From an uncultured Chitinophagaceae bacterium (GTDB taxonomy: Bacteria; Bacteroidota; Bacteroidia; Chitinophagales; CAIOSU01), in contig CAYOYI010000003.1 in assembly GCA_964408105.1 (NCBI GenBank), forward strand, positions 1 to 26,828: a stretch of 26,828 nucleotides of DNA, given 5' to 3'. The notes beneath the pieces were generated by a model. That model saw only the letters and a list, made by a program, of their open reading frames with translations, was not told the DNA's origin and searched no databases. The number at the start of each line of letters is the position of its first letter. Positions within the stretch are counted from its first letter, which is position 1. The position numbers and the translations under genes were made by a program. Of the stretch, positions 9,419 through 17,958 are shown piece by piece.

Positions 9419-10624
9419 ATGACAGAGACATTTGTATTTCCGGGAAAAACCAAGAAGCTCGCAATTGCGCTGATGATTATCGGAGTGTTGGGTTTGGTTG
9501 TAGGCTTTACGTTTGGTGATGCCAACCGTGTTTGGGGAAATTTATTGCTCAATACCTACTTTTTCTTAGGCATATCCTTGGCAGGGGTATTTTTAACCGC
9601 AGCACATCAGGTTGGTTATGGAGGGTGGCATATACAGATAAAGAGGGTCTTTGAATCAACCGGTTCTTACATTCCGGTATTAGGTGTGGTTGCCATTCTG
9701 ATCCTTGTAGGGGCAAAAATGCACTGGCATCATTTGTATCACTGGATGGATCATGACTTATTTGATCCGGCCAGCCCGAGTTTCGATAAGATTCTTGCGG
9801 GTAAAGAGGGATTTTTGAATTTTCCCTTCTTCTCGTTCAGGATAGTCGGGTATATCGTGCTGTGGTCGCTCTTTGCCTGGTTGCTGCGCAAAGTATCAAT
9901 CCAGGAAGATGAGATGGGCGGTTTGGGGTACTATAAAAGAAATAAGGCCTATGCAGCTATCTTCCTTGTGATCTTTGCCGTTACGAGTTCTACAAGTTCG
10001 TGGGATTTTGTGATGTCAGTAGATCCCCACTGGTACAGCACGCTCTTCGGATGGTACAATTTTGCAAGCCTGACAGTGTCGGGGGTTGCTGCGATAACTC
10101 TGGTAATTCTTTTCCTTAAGTCGAATGGCTATCTGAAAAATGTGAATGAAGAGCATTATCATAACCTTGGCCTGTTCATGTTTGGTTTCAGTGTTTTCTG
10201 GGCCTATCTCTGGTTTTCGCAGTACATGCTTCAGTGGTATGCCAATGTGCCGGAAGAAACAATTTATTTCTATAACCGTTTGCATGGCAGGCCTCTTTTT
10301 GCCGTGCTTTTTTATGTGAACCTGTTGTTGTGTTTCTTTTTTCCCTTCCTGTTCCTAATGACCAGGTCTGCCAAGCGCAGCTCCGGCAAGTTGTTGGTAG
10401 CATCCTGCATTATTCTTTTTGGCCATTGGATTGATTTTTATCTGATGGTGATGCCCGGTTCAGTAGGAGAACATGCCGGCTTTGGACTCACAGAGCTTTT
10501 TATAGCATTGGGTTTTGCCGGAGGATATATTTTCGTCATTCTTAGCACGCTCACAAAAGCGTCATTGGTGCCGGTGAACAATCCTTTCCTGAAGGAAAGC
10601 ATGGTTCATCACACCTTAAAATAA
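9419..10624 (+). CDS. actF: Alternative complex III subunit F (membrane subunit, ActC paralogue)
   Basis: Polytopic, with WDFVMSVDPHWYSTLFGWY, FSVFWAYLWFSQYMLQWYANVPEE and GHWIDFY. Confidence 0.93.
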   Translation: MTETFVFPGKTKKLAIALMIIGVLGLVVGFTFGDANRVWGNLLLNTYFFLGISLAGVFLTAAHQVGYGGWHIQIKRVFESTGSYIPVLGVVAILILVGAKMHWHHLYHWMDHDLFDPASPSFDKILAGKEGFLNFPFFSFRIVGYIVLWSLFAWLLRKVSIQEDEMGGLGYYKRNKAYAAIFLVIFAVTSSTSSWDFVMSVDPHWYSTLFGWYNFASLTVSGVAAITLVILFLKSNGYLKNVNEEHYHNLGLFMFGFSVFWAYLWFSQYMLQWYANVPEETIYFYNRLHGRPLFAVLFYVNLLLCFFFPFLFLMTRSAKRSSGKLLVASCIILFGHWIDFYLMVMPGSVGEHAGFGLTELFIALGFAGGYIFVILSTLTKASLVPVNNPFLKESMVHHTLK

Positions 10625-10631
10625 TTACTGA

Positions 10632-11681
10632 ATGGTTACTCTTTTATTAATTCTTGCAGTTGTTCTTGTAGGGGTGATTATTTTCCAGATTGCCCGTGCA
10701 AGCGAGATGCTTTCCATGCTGAAGGGGCAAAAGGAAGGTGAAGTCGCACCGGATACCAGCCGCTCCCTTGCTTACTTCATGCTCGGTTTTTTGGTGATTG
10801 GAATGATCGGCACTTTTTGGTCGGTCGCGAAATATAAAGGATATTTTCTGCCCCCGGCTTCCAGCATACACGGAGTTGAACTGGATAATATGTTCAACAT
10901 CACATTGCTTTTCACCGGAATCGTATTCATCATCACGCAGATTCTTACGTTTTGGTTTGCATTCAGGTACAGCAGTGATAAGGGAAAGAAAGCATATTTC
11001 TATCCGCACAATAATAAACTCGAATTGGTTTGGACAGCCGTACCTGCCGTGGTAATGACAGTACTTGTGATCTTTGGTATTAAGGCATGGTTGAAAACCA
11101 CTGGTCCCGCTCCTCAAGAAGCCATGGAAGTTGAAGCGATTGCCGAGCAATTTCAATGGACAATCAGATATTCCGGAAGTGACGGAAAACTTGGAAAAAG
11201 GAATTTCGAGCTGATGTCAATGGATAATCCGCTTGGAATTGATTGGACCGATGAGAACAGTAAAGATGATTTTACAACAACTGAAATTCACCTCCCGGTA
11301 AATAAGCCGGTATTGTTCCGGTTATCATCGAAAGACGTATTACATAGTTTTTACCTCCCGCATTTCAGGGTGAAGATGGATTGTGTTCCGGGTATCCCGA
11401 CAAGGTTTTGGTTTACTCCGACACAAACTTCCGTTGAGAAACAAAACGAAGTAAAGGACTCGAATTTTAAATACGTGCTTGCCTGCGCAGAGTTGTGCGG
11501 TTCGGCTCATTGGAATATGCGCAGGGACATCACGGTAGAGACCGATGAAGAATTCAAATTATGGTTTGATCAACAACAGCCTCTTTACAATACGATGAAG
11601 GCTTCGCTCGAACAACCTGCAACAGACACTTCAAAAGTAAATTCAGTCAATGATGAGGAAAAACCCATTTCCTCACTTTAA
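10632..11681 (+). CDS. coxB: Cytochrome c oxidase subunit II (CuA; no fused cytochrome c)
   Basis: CuA ligands DVLHSF and CAELCGSAHWNM, QFQW loop and LELVWTAVPA helix. No CxxCH motif. Confidence 0.96.
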   Translation: MVTLLLILAVVLVGVIIFQIARASEMLSMLKGQKEGEVAPDTSRSLAYFMLGFLVIGMIGTFWSVAKYKGYFLPPASSIHGVELDNMFNITLLFTGIVFIITQILTFWFAFRYSSDKGKKAYFYPHNNKLELVWTAVPAVVMTVLVIFGIKAWLKTTGPAPQEAMEVEAIAEQFQWTIRYSGSDGKLGKRNFELMSMDNPLGIDWTDENSKDDFTTTEIHLPVNKPVLFRLSSKDVLHSFYLPHFRVKMDCVPGIPTRFWFTPTQTSVEKQNEVKDSNFKYVLACAELCGSAHWNMRRDITVETDEEFKLWFDQQQPLYNTMKASLEQPATDTSKVNSVNDEEKPISSL

Positions 11682-11693
11682 AAAAATCCAGTA

Positions 11694-13520
11694 ATGGCGC
11701 ACGAAAATCCTAAAGTAGCGGAAGAGGTTCATGCACACGCGCACGGCCACAATGGCCATGATGAGCATCATGAGCACGAGCATCACGACAATTTCATAAC
11801 CAGATACATCTTCAGCCAGGATCATAAGACCATTGCCAAGCAATTCCTGATCCTTGGAATTTTCTGGGCGGTGATTGGCGCATTGTTCTCTGTATTTTTC
11901 CGCTTGCAGCTTGCATTCCCCGACCAGTCATTCCCGATTATGGGACAAATATTAGGTAATTGGACTGAGGACGGAAAACTTCTTCCCAACTACTATTATG
12001 CTTTGGTGACGATGCACGGGACTATCCTGGTATTTTTCGTTTTGACAGCAGGCTTAAGCGGAACATTCGCGAATTTTCTTATTCCATTGCAAGTAGGAGC
12101 ACGTGATATGGCATCTCCATTTATGAATATGCTTTCTTTCTGGTTTTTCGCCTTATCAAGTGTGGTGATGATGGCTTCACTTTTTCTTCAAACCGGTCCT
12201 TTTTCCGGTGGATGGACAGCTTATCCGCCATTGAGCGCTCTGCCGCAAGCCAGCCCCGGGTCAGGATGGGGAATGACCCTTTGGTTAGTGAGTATGGCAC
12301 TGTTTATTATCTCTGTCGCGCTTGGAGGATTGAATTATGTTTCTACGGTCATCAACCTGCGCACCACAGGAATGACTTTTTTCAGAATGCCGCTTACGAT
12401 TTGGGCGCTGTTTTTTACAGCCATCGTAGGTCTGCTTTCATTCCCCGTGTTGTTTGCAGCAGCAGTACTTTTAATATTTGACCGTTCGCTTGGAACAAGT
12501 TTCTATCTCTCTGATATCTTTATTGGAGGAGAAGCGCTTAGTTATTCCGGTGGAAGCCCGATACTTTATCAGCATTTGTTTTGGTTCCTTGGTCATCCTG
12601 AGGTGTATATCATCATTTTGCCCGCAATGGGATTGGTCTCAGAAGTACTTTCCGTCAATGCTCGCAAGCCGATCTTTGGATACAGGGCGATGGTTTACTC
12701 CATTATGGCAATCGTAGTGTTGTCCTTCATCGTGTGGGCGCATCACATGTTTGTGTCAGGATTGAATCCCTTTGTTGCTTCCATATTTGTATTGTTTACA
12801 CTTCTTATTGCAGTTCCTTCTGCGGTTAAAGTATTCAACTGGATCACTACTTTATGGCGGGGCAATATCAGGCTCACTGTAGGGATGTGCTTTGCGATCG
12901 GCTTTGTTTCGCTTTTCATTTCGGGTGGATTGACCGGTATCTTTCTTGGCAATTCGGCAATTGATATTCAGTTGCATGATACCTATTTCGTTGTTGCACA
13001 CTTCCATATTGTGATGGGGGTTGCGGCCTTCTTCGGTATGTTCGCAGGAATCTATCATTGGTTCCCGAAGATGTTCGGAAGATATATGAATAACACGCTC
13101 GGCTATATTCACTTTATTGCGACTTTGGTCGGCAGCTATATGATTTTCTGGCCGATGCACTACATGGGGATGACTGGGGTGCCGAGAAGGTATTTTGCTT
13201 TTTCAAGCTTCGAGATGTTCAACACTTACGGTGACATGAATATTTTCATTACGGTGTTTGCCATCCTGACATTCATGGCGCAGTTGCTTTTTATTTTCAA
13301 TTTCTTCTACAGCATCTATAAAGGCAGGCAGGTTACGGAATTGAACCCATGGGATTCCACAACCCTGGAATGGACTACACCGATCAATCCGGGGCACGGC
13401 AATTGGCCGGGAAATATTCCTTCAGTTTATCGCTGGCCCTATGATTATAATAAAGACGGACAGGAATTTGTCCCTCAAACCGTGCCACTGAGACCGGGTG
13501 AAAAAGATGAAGGGCATTAA
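11694..13520 (+). CDS. coxA: Cytochrome c oxidase subunit I, type A1
   Basis: His ligands in TMHGT, GHPEVY (Glu-containing A1 motif with cross-link Tyr), WAHHMF and VAHFH. D-channel Asp in GARDMA and K-channel Lys in AVKVFNW. Confidence 0.98.
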   Translation: MAHENPKVAEEVHAHAHGHNGHDEHHEHEHHDNFITRYIFSQDHKTIAKQFLILGIFWAVIGALFSVFFRLQLAFPDQSFPIMGQILGNWTEDGKLLPNYYYALVTMHGTILVFFVLTAGLSGTFANFLIPLQVGARDMASPFMNMLSFWFFALSSVVMMASLFLQTGPFSGGWTAYPPLSALPQASPGSGWGMTLWLVSMALFIISVALGGLNYVSTVINLRTTGMTFFRMPLTIWALFFTAIVGLLSFPVLFAAAVLLIFDRSLGTSFYLSDIFIGGEALSYSGGSPILYQHLFWFLGHPEVYIIILPAMGLVSEVLSVNARKPIFGYRAMVYSIMAIVVLSFIVWAHHMFVSGLNPFVASIFVLFTLLIAVPSAVKVFNWITTLWRGNIRLTVGMCFAIGFVSLFISGGLTGIFLGNSAIDIQLHDTYFVVAHFHIVMGVAAFFGMFAGIYHWFPKMFGRYMNNTLGYIHFIATLVGSYMIFWPMHYMGMTGVPRRYFAFSSFEMFNTYGDMNIFITVFAILTFMAQLLFIFNFFYSIYKGRQVTELNPWDSTTLEWTTPINPGHGNWPGNIPSVYRWPYDYNKDGQEFVPQTVPLRPGEKDEGH

Positions 13521-13534
13521 AGTTTCCGGGTTGG

Positions 13535-14455
13535 ATGAATGAAATGAGAAATCATGAAGCGATCGAGGTTATTTCAGCTTACAGGCCTCAGACGTTAAGC
13601 CTTAAGCTAAGCGACTACGCCCTTCTGTTCAAGTTCCGGCTTTCCTTTACCGTAGTTTTTTCATCCGTTATTGCTTACTGCATTGCCGCTCATGAAACGC
13701 TGTTGTTCAGTAATGTGGTTTTTGTTTTTATCGGAGGTTTTCTGATCACTGCCGGAGCAAACGCTTTTAACCAGGTTTTAGAAAAAGATTATGACAGGCT
13801 GATGAGGCGCACGCAAAACAGGCCGCTTGCTGCGGGCAGAATGAATGCCCCGGAGGCCTTGTTGATTGCCGGGTTGAGTGGCATCACCGGAGTTATTGTT
13901 CTCTGGCTCTGTTTCAACATGCTCGCAGCAATCCTAGGAGCGATTTCGATGTTCACTTACGCCTTTGTTTACACACCGCTAAAAAGGTTATCACCACTTG
14001 CGGTTTTGGTGGGAGCCATTCCGGGAGCATTGCCTCCGCTTATTGGCTGGGTGTGCGCAACGGGTGTAGTAGGCTTTGAAGCGATGCTTCTTTTCAGCAT
14101 TCAGTTCCTTTGGCAGTTCCCGCATTTTTGGGCGATAGCATGGATCTCACATGATGATTATCAGCGGGCGGGTTTCAAACTACTGCCTTCAACTGGCGGT
14201 AAGGACCGCCAAACAGCTTTACTAAGCATATTATATATCGCCATACTGATTGGCGTTTCAGTGCTTCCGGTTGTCACGGGAATGACAGGCTATATTTCGG
14301 GTGCAGTAATCGTTGCCGCAGGAATTATTTTTCTGATGCAAAGTATTCGGCTTTACAAGAGTTGCGAAATTAAGGATGCAAAAGCGCTGATGTTCGGCTC
14401 GATTGTTTATTTGCCGGTTGTTTTAATAGCATTGTTAACGGGGGCAATTTCCTGA
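13535..14455 (+). CDS. cyoE: Protoheme IX farnesyltransferase (heme O synthase)
   Basis: NQVLEKDYDRLMRRTQNRPL, YTPLKR, GAIPGALPPLIGW and WQFPHFWAIAW. An alternative start exists at 13544. Confidence 0.95.
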   Translation: MNEMRNHEAIEVISAYRPQTLSLKLSDYALLFKFRLSFTVVFSSVIAYCIAAHETLLFSNVVFVFIGGFLITAGANAFNQVLEKDYDRLMRRTQNRPLAAGRMNAPEALLIAGLSGITGVIVLWLCFNMLAAILGAISMFTYAFVYTPLKRLSPLAVLVGAIPGALPPLIGWVCATGVVGFEAMLLFSIQFLWQFPHFWAIAWISHDDYQRAGFKLLPSTGGKDRQTALLSILYIAILIGVSVLPVVTGMTGYISGAVIVAAGIIFLMQSIRLYKSCEIKDAKALMFGSIVYLPVVLIALLTGAIS

Positions 14456-14456
14456 C

Positions 14457-15068
14457 ATGGATATAGCAATGAATGCCGGAGAGTTTATGAGCGAAAAACC
14501 TACACGGGTTCACCCGCAGCGTTTTGCGCTGTGGCTGGGCATTGCCTGCCTCATCATGACCTTTGCGGGATTGACCAGCGCATACATTGTTAGAAAGGGT
14601 GCGGGTAATTGGGTTGAATTCAGGTTGCCGTTTAACTTCATCATCAGTGCCGCTATCATGTTGTTGAGTAGCTTATCAATTCATTGGGCGAGCCTTTCTT
14701 TCAAACATGATAAGCTGAATAATTATCGCTGGGCTCTTGGAGTCACTTTTTTACTAAGCGTGGCATTCTTGTTCAGTCAATATTTGGGATGGAAAAAGCT
14801 TCAGGAGATCGGAATTTATCTTTCAGGAAATCCGTCAGGTTCATTTGTGTATGTGATCAGCTATCTGCATGTTGTGCACGTAGCCGTGGGAATGATTTTT
14901 ATCCTGATCGCCTTTGCCAAATCATTGGTTTTATTTAGTAATCCGGCAAATTTTCTCATTTACAGAACAGACAGCAATAAGAGTATCCGAATCGGGATGC
15001 TGGCTACATACTGGCACTTCGTGGATGTGCTGTGGCTATATTTGCTGGTCTTTTTTATGGTAAGCTGA
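14457..15068 (+). CDS. coxC: Cytochrome c oxidase subunit III, paralogue 1 (5-TM, CoxO-like)
   Basis: FAGLTSAY, FLFSQYLGW, YLHVVHV and YWHFVDVLW. The start could be 14457, 14469 or 14487. Confidence 0.88.
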   Translation: MDIAMNAGEFMSEKPTRVHPQRFALWLGIACLIMTFAGLTSAYIVRKGAGNWVEFRLPFNFIISAAIMLLSSLSIHWASLSFKHDKLNNYRWALGVTFLLSVAFLFSQYLGWKKLQEIGIYLSGNPSGSFVYVISYLHVVHVAVGMIFILIAFAKSLVLFSNPANFLIYRTDSNKSIRIGMLATYWHFVDVLWLYLLVFFMVS

Positions 15069-15087
15069 ATTTGAAAAAGAATTAAAC

Positions 15088-15780
15088 ATGAGTACAGAAG
15101 CCATCAAGCAGGAAAATCTTTGGGGAGGCGGAGTTTCGCCCTTCAAGGTGAGCTACGGCAAGATGATGATGTGGTATTTCCTGCTGTCTGACGCATTTTC
15201 GTTTGCGGCACTATTGATCACCTACGGAGCCATTCGCTTCAGCCATGTGGATTGGCCGGATCCGAATGAAGTTTTCTCTGCATTCCCATTCATGGGCCAC
15301 ACGTACCTGCCGCTGATGTTCGTGAGCTTCATGACCTTCACACTTATCATGAGCAGTGTTACCATGGTGCGTGCGGTACAGGAAGGAGCAAGAATGAACA
15401 GGAAAGGAGTGATCTTCTGGCTGGGATTAACAATACTTGGGGGACTAACGTTCTTAGGCAGTCAGGCCTGGGAGTGGAATCACCTGATTCACGGGGGAAT
15501 GACATTGACCACACCCTGGCAACAGCTGGATCATCACACCCACGAACCGGTTGGCCAGGCAGCTCCTTTGATTTTCGGGCACTTGTTTTTTACAATTACC
15601 GGGTTTCACGGATTTCACGTTTCAACGGGAGTTTTGATCAATATCATTGTGTTCATACAAGTGATTCAGGGTGTCTATGATAAGCGGGGACATTATGAGA
15701 TGATAGAGAAGATTGGCCTGTACTGGCACTTCGTTGATTTGGTTTGGGTGTTCGTGTTCCTGTGTTTTTACCTTTTGTAA
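15088..15780 (+). CDS. coxC: Cytochrome c oxidase subunit III, paralogue 2 (5-TM, CoxP-like)
   Basis: YGKMMMWYFLLSDAFSF, TFLGSQAWEW, FFTITGFHGFHV and LYWHFVDLVW. Confidence 0.9.
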   Translation: MSTEAIKQENLWGGGVSPFKVSYGKMMMWYFLLSDAFSFAALLITYGAIRFSHVDWPDPNEVFSAFPFMGHTYLPLMFVSFMTFTLIMSSVTMVRAVQEGARMNRKGVIFWLGLTILGGLTFLGSQAWEWNHLIHGGMTLTTPWQQLDHHTHEPVGQAAPLIFGHLFFTITGFHGFHVSTGVLINIIVFIQVIQGVYDKRGHYEMIEKIGLYWHFVDLVWVFVFLCFYLL

Positions 15781-15801
15781 ATCGAACTTAAAACTTATAG
15801 T

Positions 15802-16131
15802 ATGTCAGCAACAATGACCGAAGAAGAATATAAGCACCATGTGAGCAGCGTGTGGCGCGTTACGGTGATTTTGGCCGTAGTAACAATTGTTGAGGTGGTA
15901 GGAGCTTTGATGTATCCTGAAAGCATGCCCCGCATGGTATTGAACCTGTTCTTCATCATCATGAGCCTTATTAAGGCCTTCTATATCGTTGCGGTTTTCA
16001 TGCACATGAAATACGAAAAGCAGGCCTTGCAAATGACCGTTTTGCTTCCAACGCTCTTTTTGGTTTGGGCGATCATTGCATTCCTCTGGGAAGGCAGCGC
16101 ATGGCTCAACTTGCGCAGTATTTGGTTTTAA
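15802..16131 (+). CDS. Prokaryotic cytochrome c oxidase subunit IV family protein
   Basis: Three hydrophobic helices, VTIVEV and KAFYIVAVFMHMKYE signature. It follows the subunit III genes. Confidence 0.88.
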   Translation: MSATMTEEEYKHHVSSVWRVTVILAVVTIVEVVGALMYPESMPRMVLNLFFIIMSLIKAFYIVAVFMHMKYEKQALQMTVLLPTLFLVWAIIAFLWEGSAWLNLRSIWF

Positions 16132-16160
16132 GCTTCAAAGTTTCCGGCTGGGGAATGCAG

Positions 16161-16168
16161 TAGTTTTG
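16161..16168 (+). promoter_or_regulatory. Internal Bacteroidota -7 promoter box upstream of sco
   Basis: Exact TAnnTTTG (TAGTTTTG followed by CA) in the longest intergenic gap of the operon, 7 nt before the ATG. No clear -33 TTTG. Confidence 0.45.
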
Positions 16169-16175
16169 CAGGCCG

Positions 16176-16850
16176 ATGCCGAGATTGTCAAATACCAAGA
16201 TCATAGCGCTTTTTTTGGCTATTCTGCTTCCGGTCAGCTTCTTCATTTATTTCGAAATCAAAAAGCAAAAAACCGGGATCAGAGTTAAAGAATTACCAAA
16301 GCTGAGCCAAACAACGATCCCTTCTTTCAGTCTGATTTCTCATACCGGTGATTCCGTTACGGAAAAGAATGTGTCTGGAAAAATTATGGTTTCGGATTTC
16401 TTCTTCACACGTTGCCGCGGAATTTGCCCGGTGATGGGCCGGCAGATGAAGTCGCTGCAGGATTACATTGGAAAGCATCCGAACCTGAAGTCTGAATTCA
16501 TCCTGCTCTCTCACACCGTTGATCCTTATTATGACAGCCTGAATGTGCTGAGCGATTATGCGGCAGTGTATGGCGCAGATGGAGAACTGTGGAAGCTTGT
16601 GACCGGAGAAAAAGCACAGCTCTATGATTTGGCGAAAAATTTTTACAAGCTGCCGATGCTTGAAACTCCGGAAGATACTGTTAATCCTTATGCGCACAGT
16701 GAAAGGTTTACCTTGGTGGATAAGGAAGGCTTTGTCCGGGGATATTATGATGGAACAGATTCGGCCAGCGTCAAAGAACTGATGAAGGATATAGTGATGC
16801 TCGATCTGGCTTATCAGATCGAAGAAACTAAACTTGATAAGGCTCAGTAG
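16176..16850 (+). CDS. SCO1/SenC family copper chaperone
   Basis: N-terminal TM anchor, FFTRCRGICP (CxxxC), SHTVDP..D and the conserved His in HSERFTLVD. Confidence 0.93.
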   Translation: MPRLSNTKIIALFLAILLPVSFFIYFEIKKQKTGIRVKELPKLSQTTIPSFSLISHTGDSVTEKNVSGKIMVSDFFFTRCRGICPVMGRQMKSLQDYIGKHPNLKSEFILLSHTVDPYYDSLNVLSDYAAVYGADGELWKLVTGEKAQLYDLAKNFYKLPMLETPEDTVNPYAHSERFTLVDKEGFVRGYYDGTDSASVKELMKDIVMLDLAYQIEETKLDKAQ

Positions 16851-16854
16851 AGCA

Positions 16855-17370
16855 ATGTCCGATTCCGCTTATAAAAAAATTATCATCGCCATATCGCTGC
16901 TCATACCGGCAGTAGTCACTGCTCTGGTGTTTGTGAAAATACCTGTTGAAGGGATCAACCTACTTTTCTTTCCAAAATTTCATGCTACCCTCAACAGCAT
17001 TACGACCATATTGCTGACTTCTGGATTTTTTTTCATTAAGCAGAAGAACATCAAAATGCACAAGGCCTGCATGTTTTCCGCCATCGGATTTTCGGTGGTG
17101 TTCCTTATGTCGTATGTGTTTTACCATTCGATTTCCGAACCGACAAGATTTGGCGGTGAGGGAATGATCCGCTCGGTGTATTTCTTCATCCTTATCACGC
17201 ACATCGTGCTGGCAGCAGCAGTGCTGCCTTTTGTGCTATTTACCGTCTATCGTGCGCTCACCAAACAATTTGCTCAACACAAAAAAATTGCCCGTTGGAC
17301 TTTACCGGTGTGGCTTTACGTGGCGGTTACGGGTGTAGTGGTTTACCTTATGATGGCGCCCTATTATTAG
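16855..17370 (+). CDS. DUF420 membrane protein (CtaM/YozB-like oxidase assembly factor)
   Basis: Four TM helices with FHATLNS, HKACM, SYVFYH, ILITHIVLA and HKKIARWTLPVWLYVAVTGVVVYLM. ATG 16855 is preferred over TTG 16834, which overlaps sco. Confidence 0.88.
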   Translation: MSDSAYKKIIIAISLLIPAVVTALVFVKIPVEGINLLFFPKFHATLNSITTILLTSGFFFIKQKNIKMHKACMFSAIGFSVVFLMSYVFYHSISEPTRFGGEGMIRSVYFFILITHIVLAAAVLPFVLFTVYRALTKQFAQHKKIARWTLPVWLYVAVTGVVVYLMMAPYY

Positions 17371-17404
17371 GGGCAAGGGACGGGGGACGAGTGTCAAGTG
17401 ATTT

Positions 17405-17920
17405 TCACAATTTTTTCTCCAACACAACAAATTCCAGTTGTTTTTTTGGAATTCCTAAACGGGGATTGCTCATCGGAAAAGGGTTACGTTGATTGGTTGT
17501 TTGATAACCGTATCGTTCATACCAGGCGATTAGCTCATCGCGTCCGGAAATAACGTTCATATAGATTGAAGTGCACTTCAGTTTTCTTGCTTCAGCCTCA
17601 ATTGCTTTCAGGAAGATTTTTCCAATACCTTTATTTTGCAGCTTAGGCGCCACCGTTAACATTCCCATGTATAGCTTGCTGCCGTGCTGCTCTATGTGAA
17701 CACATCCGATTATTTTTTTATCATCAACGCACTTCAAAACCTGAGAATGAGGTTTGTTCAGAATTTCGGTGAGCGCTTCCGGGTCAGTACGGATGCCTTC
17801 AATCAAATCGGCTTCGGTGGTCCAACCCTCCTTAGCGCTTTCTCCGCGATACGCGGAGTTGATGAGCAGATTCAATTGCTCAACATCATCTTCTGTTGCT
17901 TTTGAAATGATCGTGTTCAA
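17405..17920 (-). CDS. GNAT family N-acetyltransferase
   Basis: Acetyl-CoA motif A VAPKLQNKGIGK, N-terminal YRGE...GWTTEADL and WYERYGY. TTG start. Confidence 0.9.
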   Translation of the reverse strand: MNTIISKATEDDVEQLNLLINSAYRGESAKEGWTTEADLIEGIRTDPEALTEILNKPHSQVLKCVDDKKIIGCVHIEQHGSKLYMGMLTVAPKLQNKGIGKIFLKAIEAEARKLKCTSIYMNVISGRDELIAWYERYGYQTTNQRNPFPMSNPRLGIPKKQLEFVVLEKKL

Positions 17921-17958
17921 TCGGGATAGAATTGGGCTTAATTTTACTGCACATTTTT

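Noticed and set aside
17370-17390. G-rich intergenic stretch GGGGCAAGGGACGGGGGACGAG as a G-quadruplex or repeat element
   Set aside because: It has only three G runs of 3 or more and two to three degenerate 7-mers, and occurs once in the window.
17393-17410. TTCACAA as a Rex operator
   Set aside because: Only one half-site matches, and it lies at the 3' ends of convergent genes.
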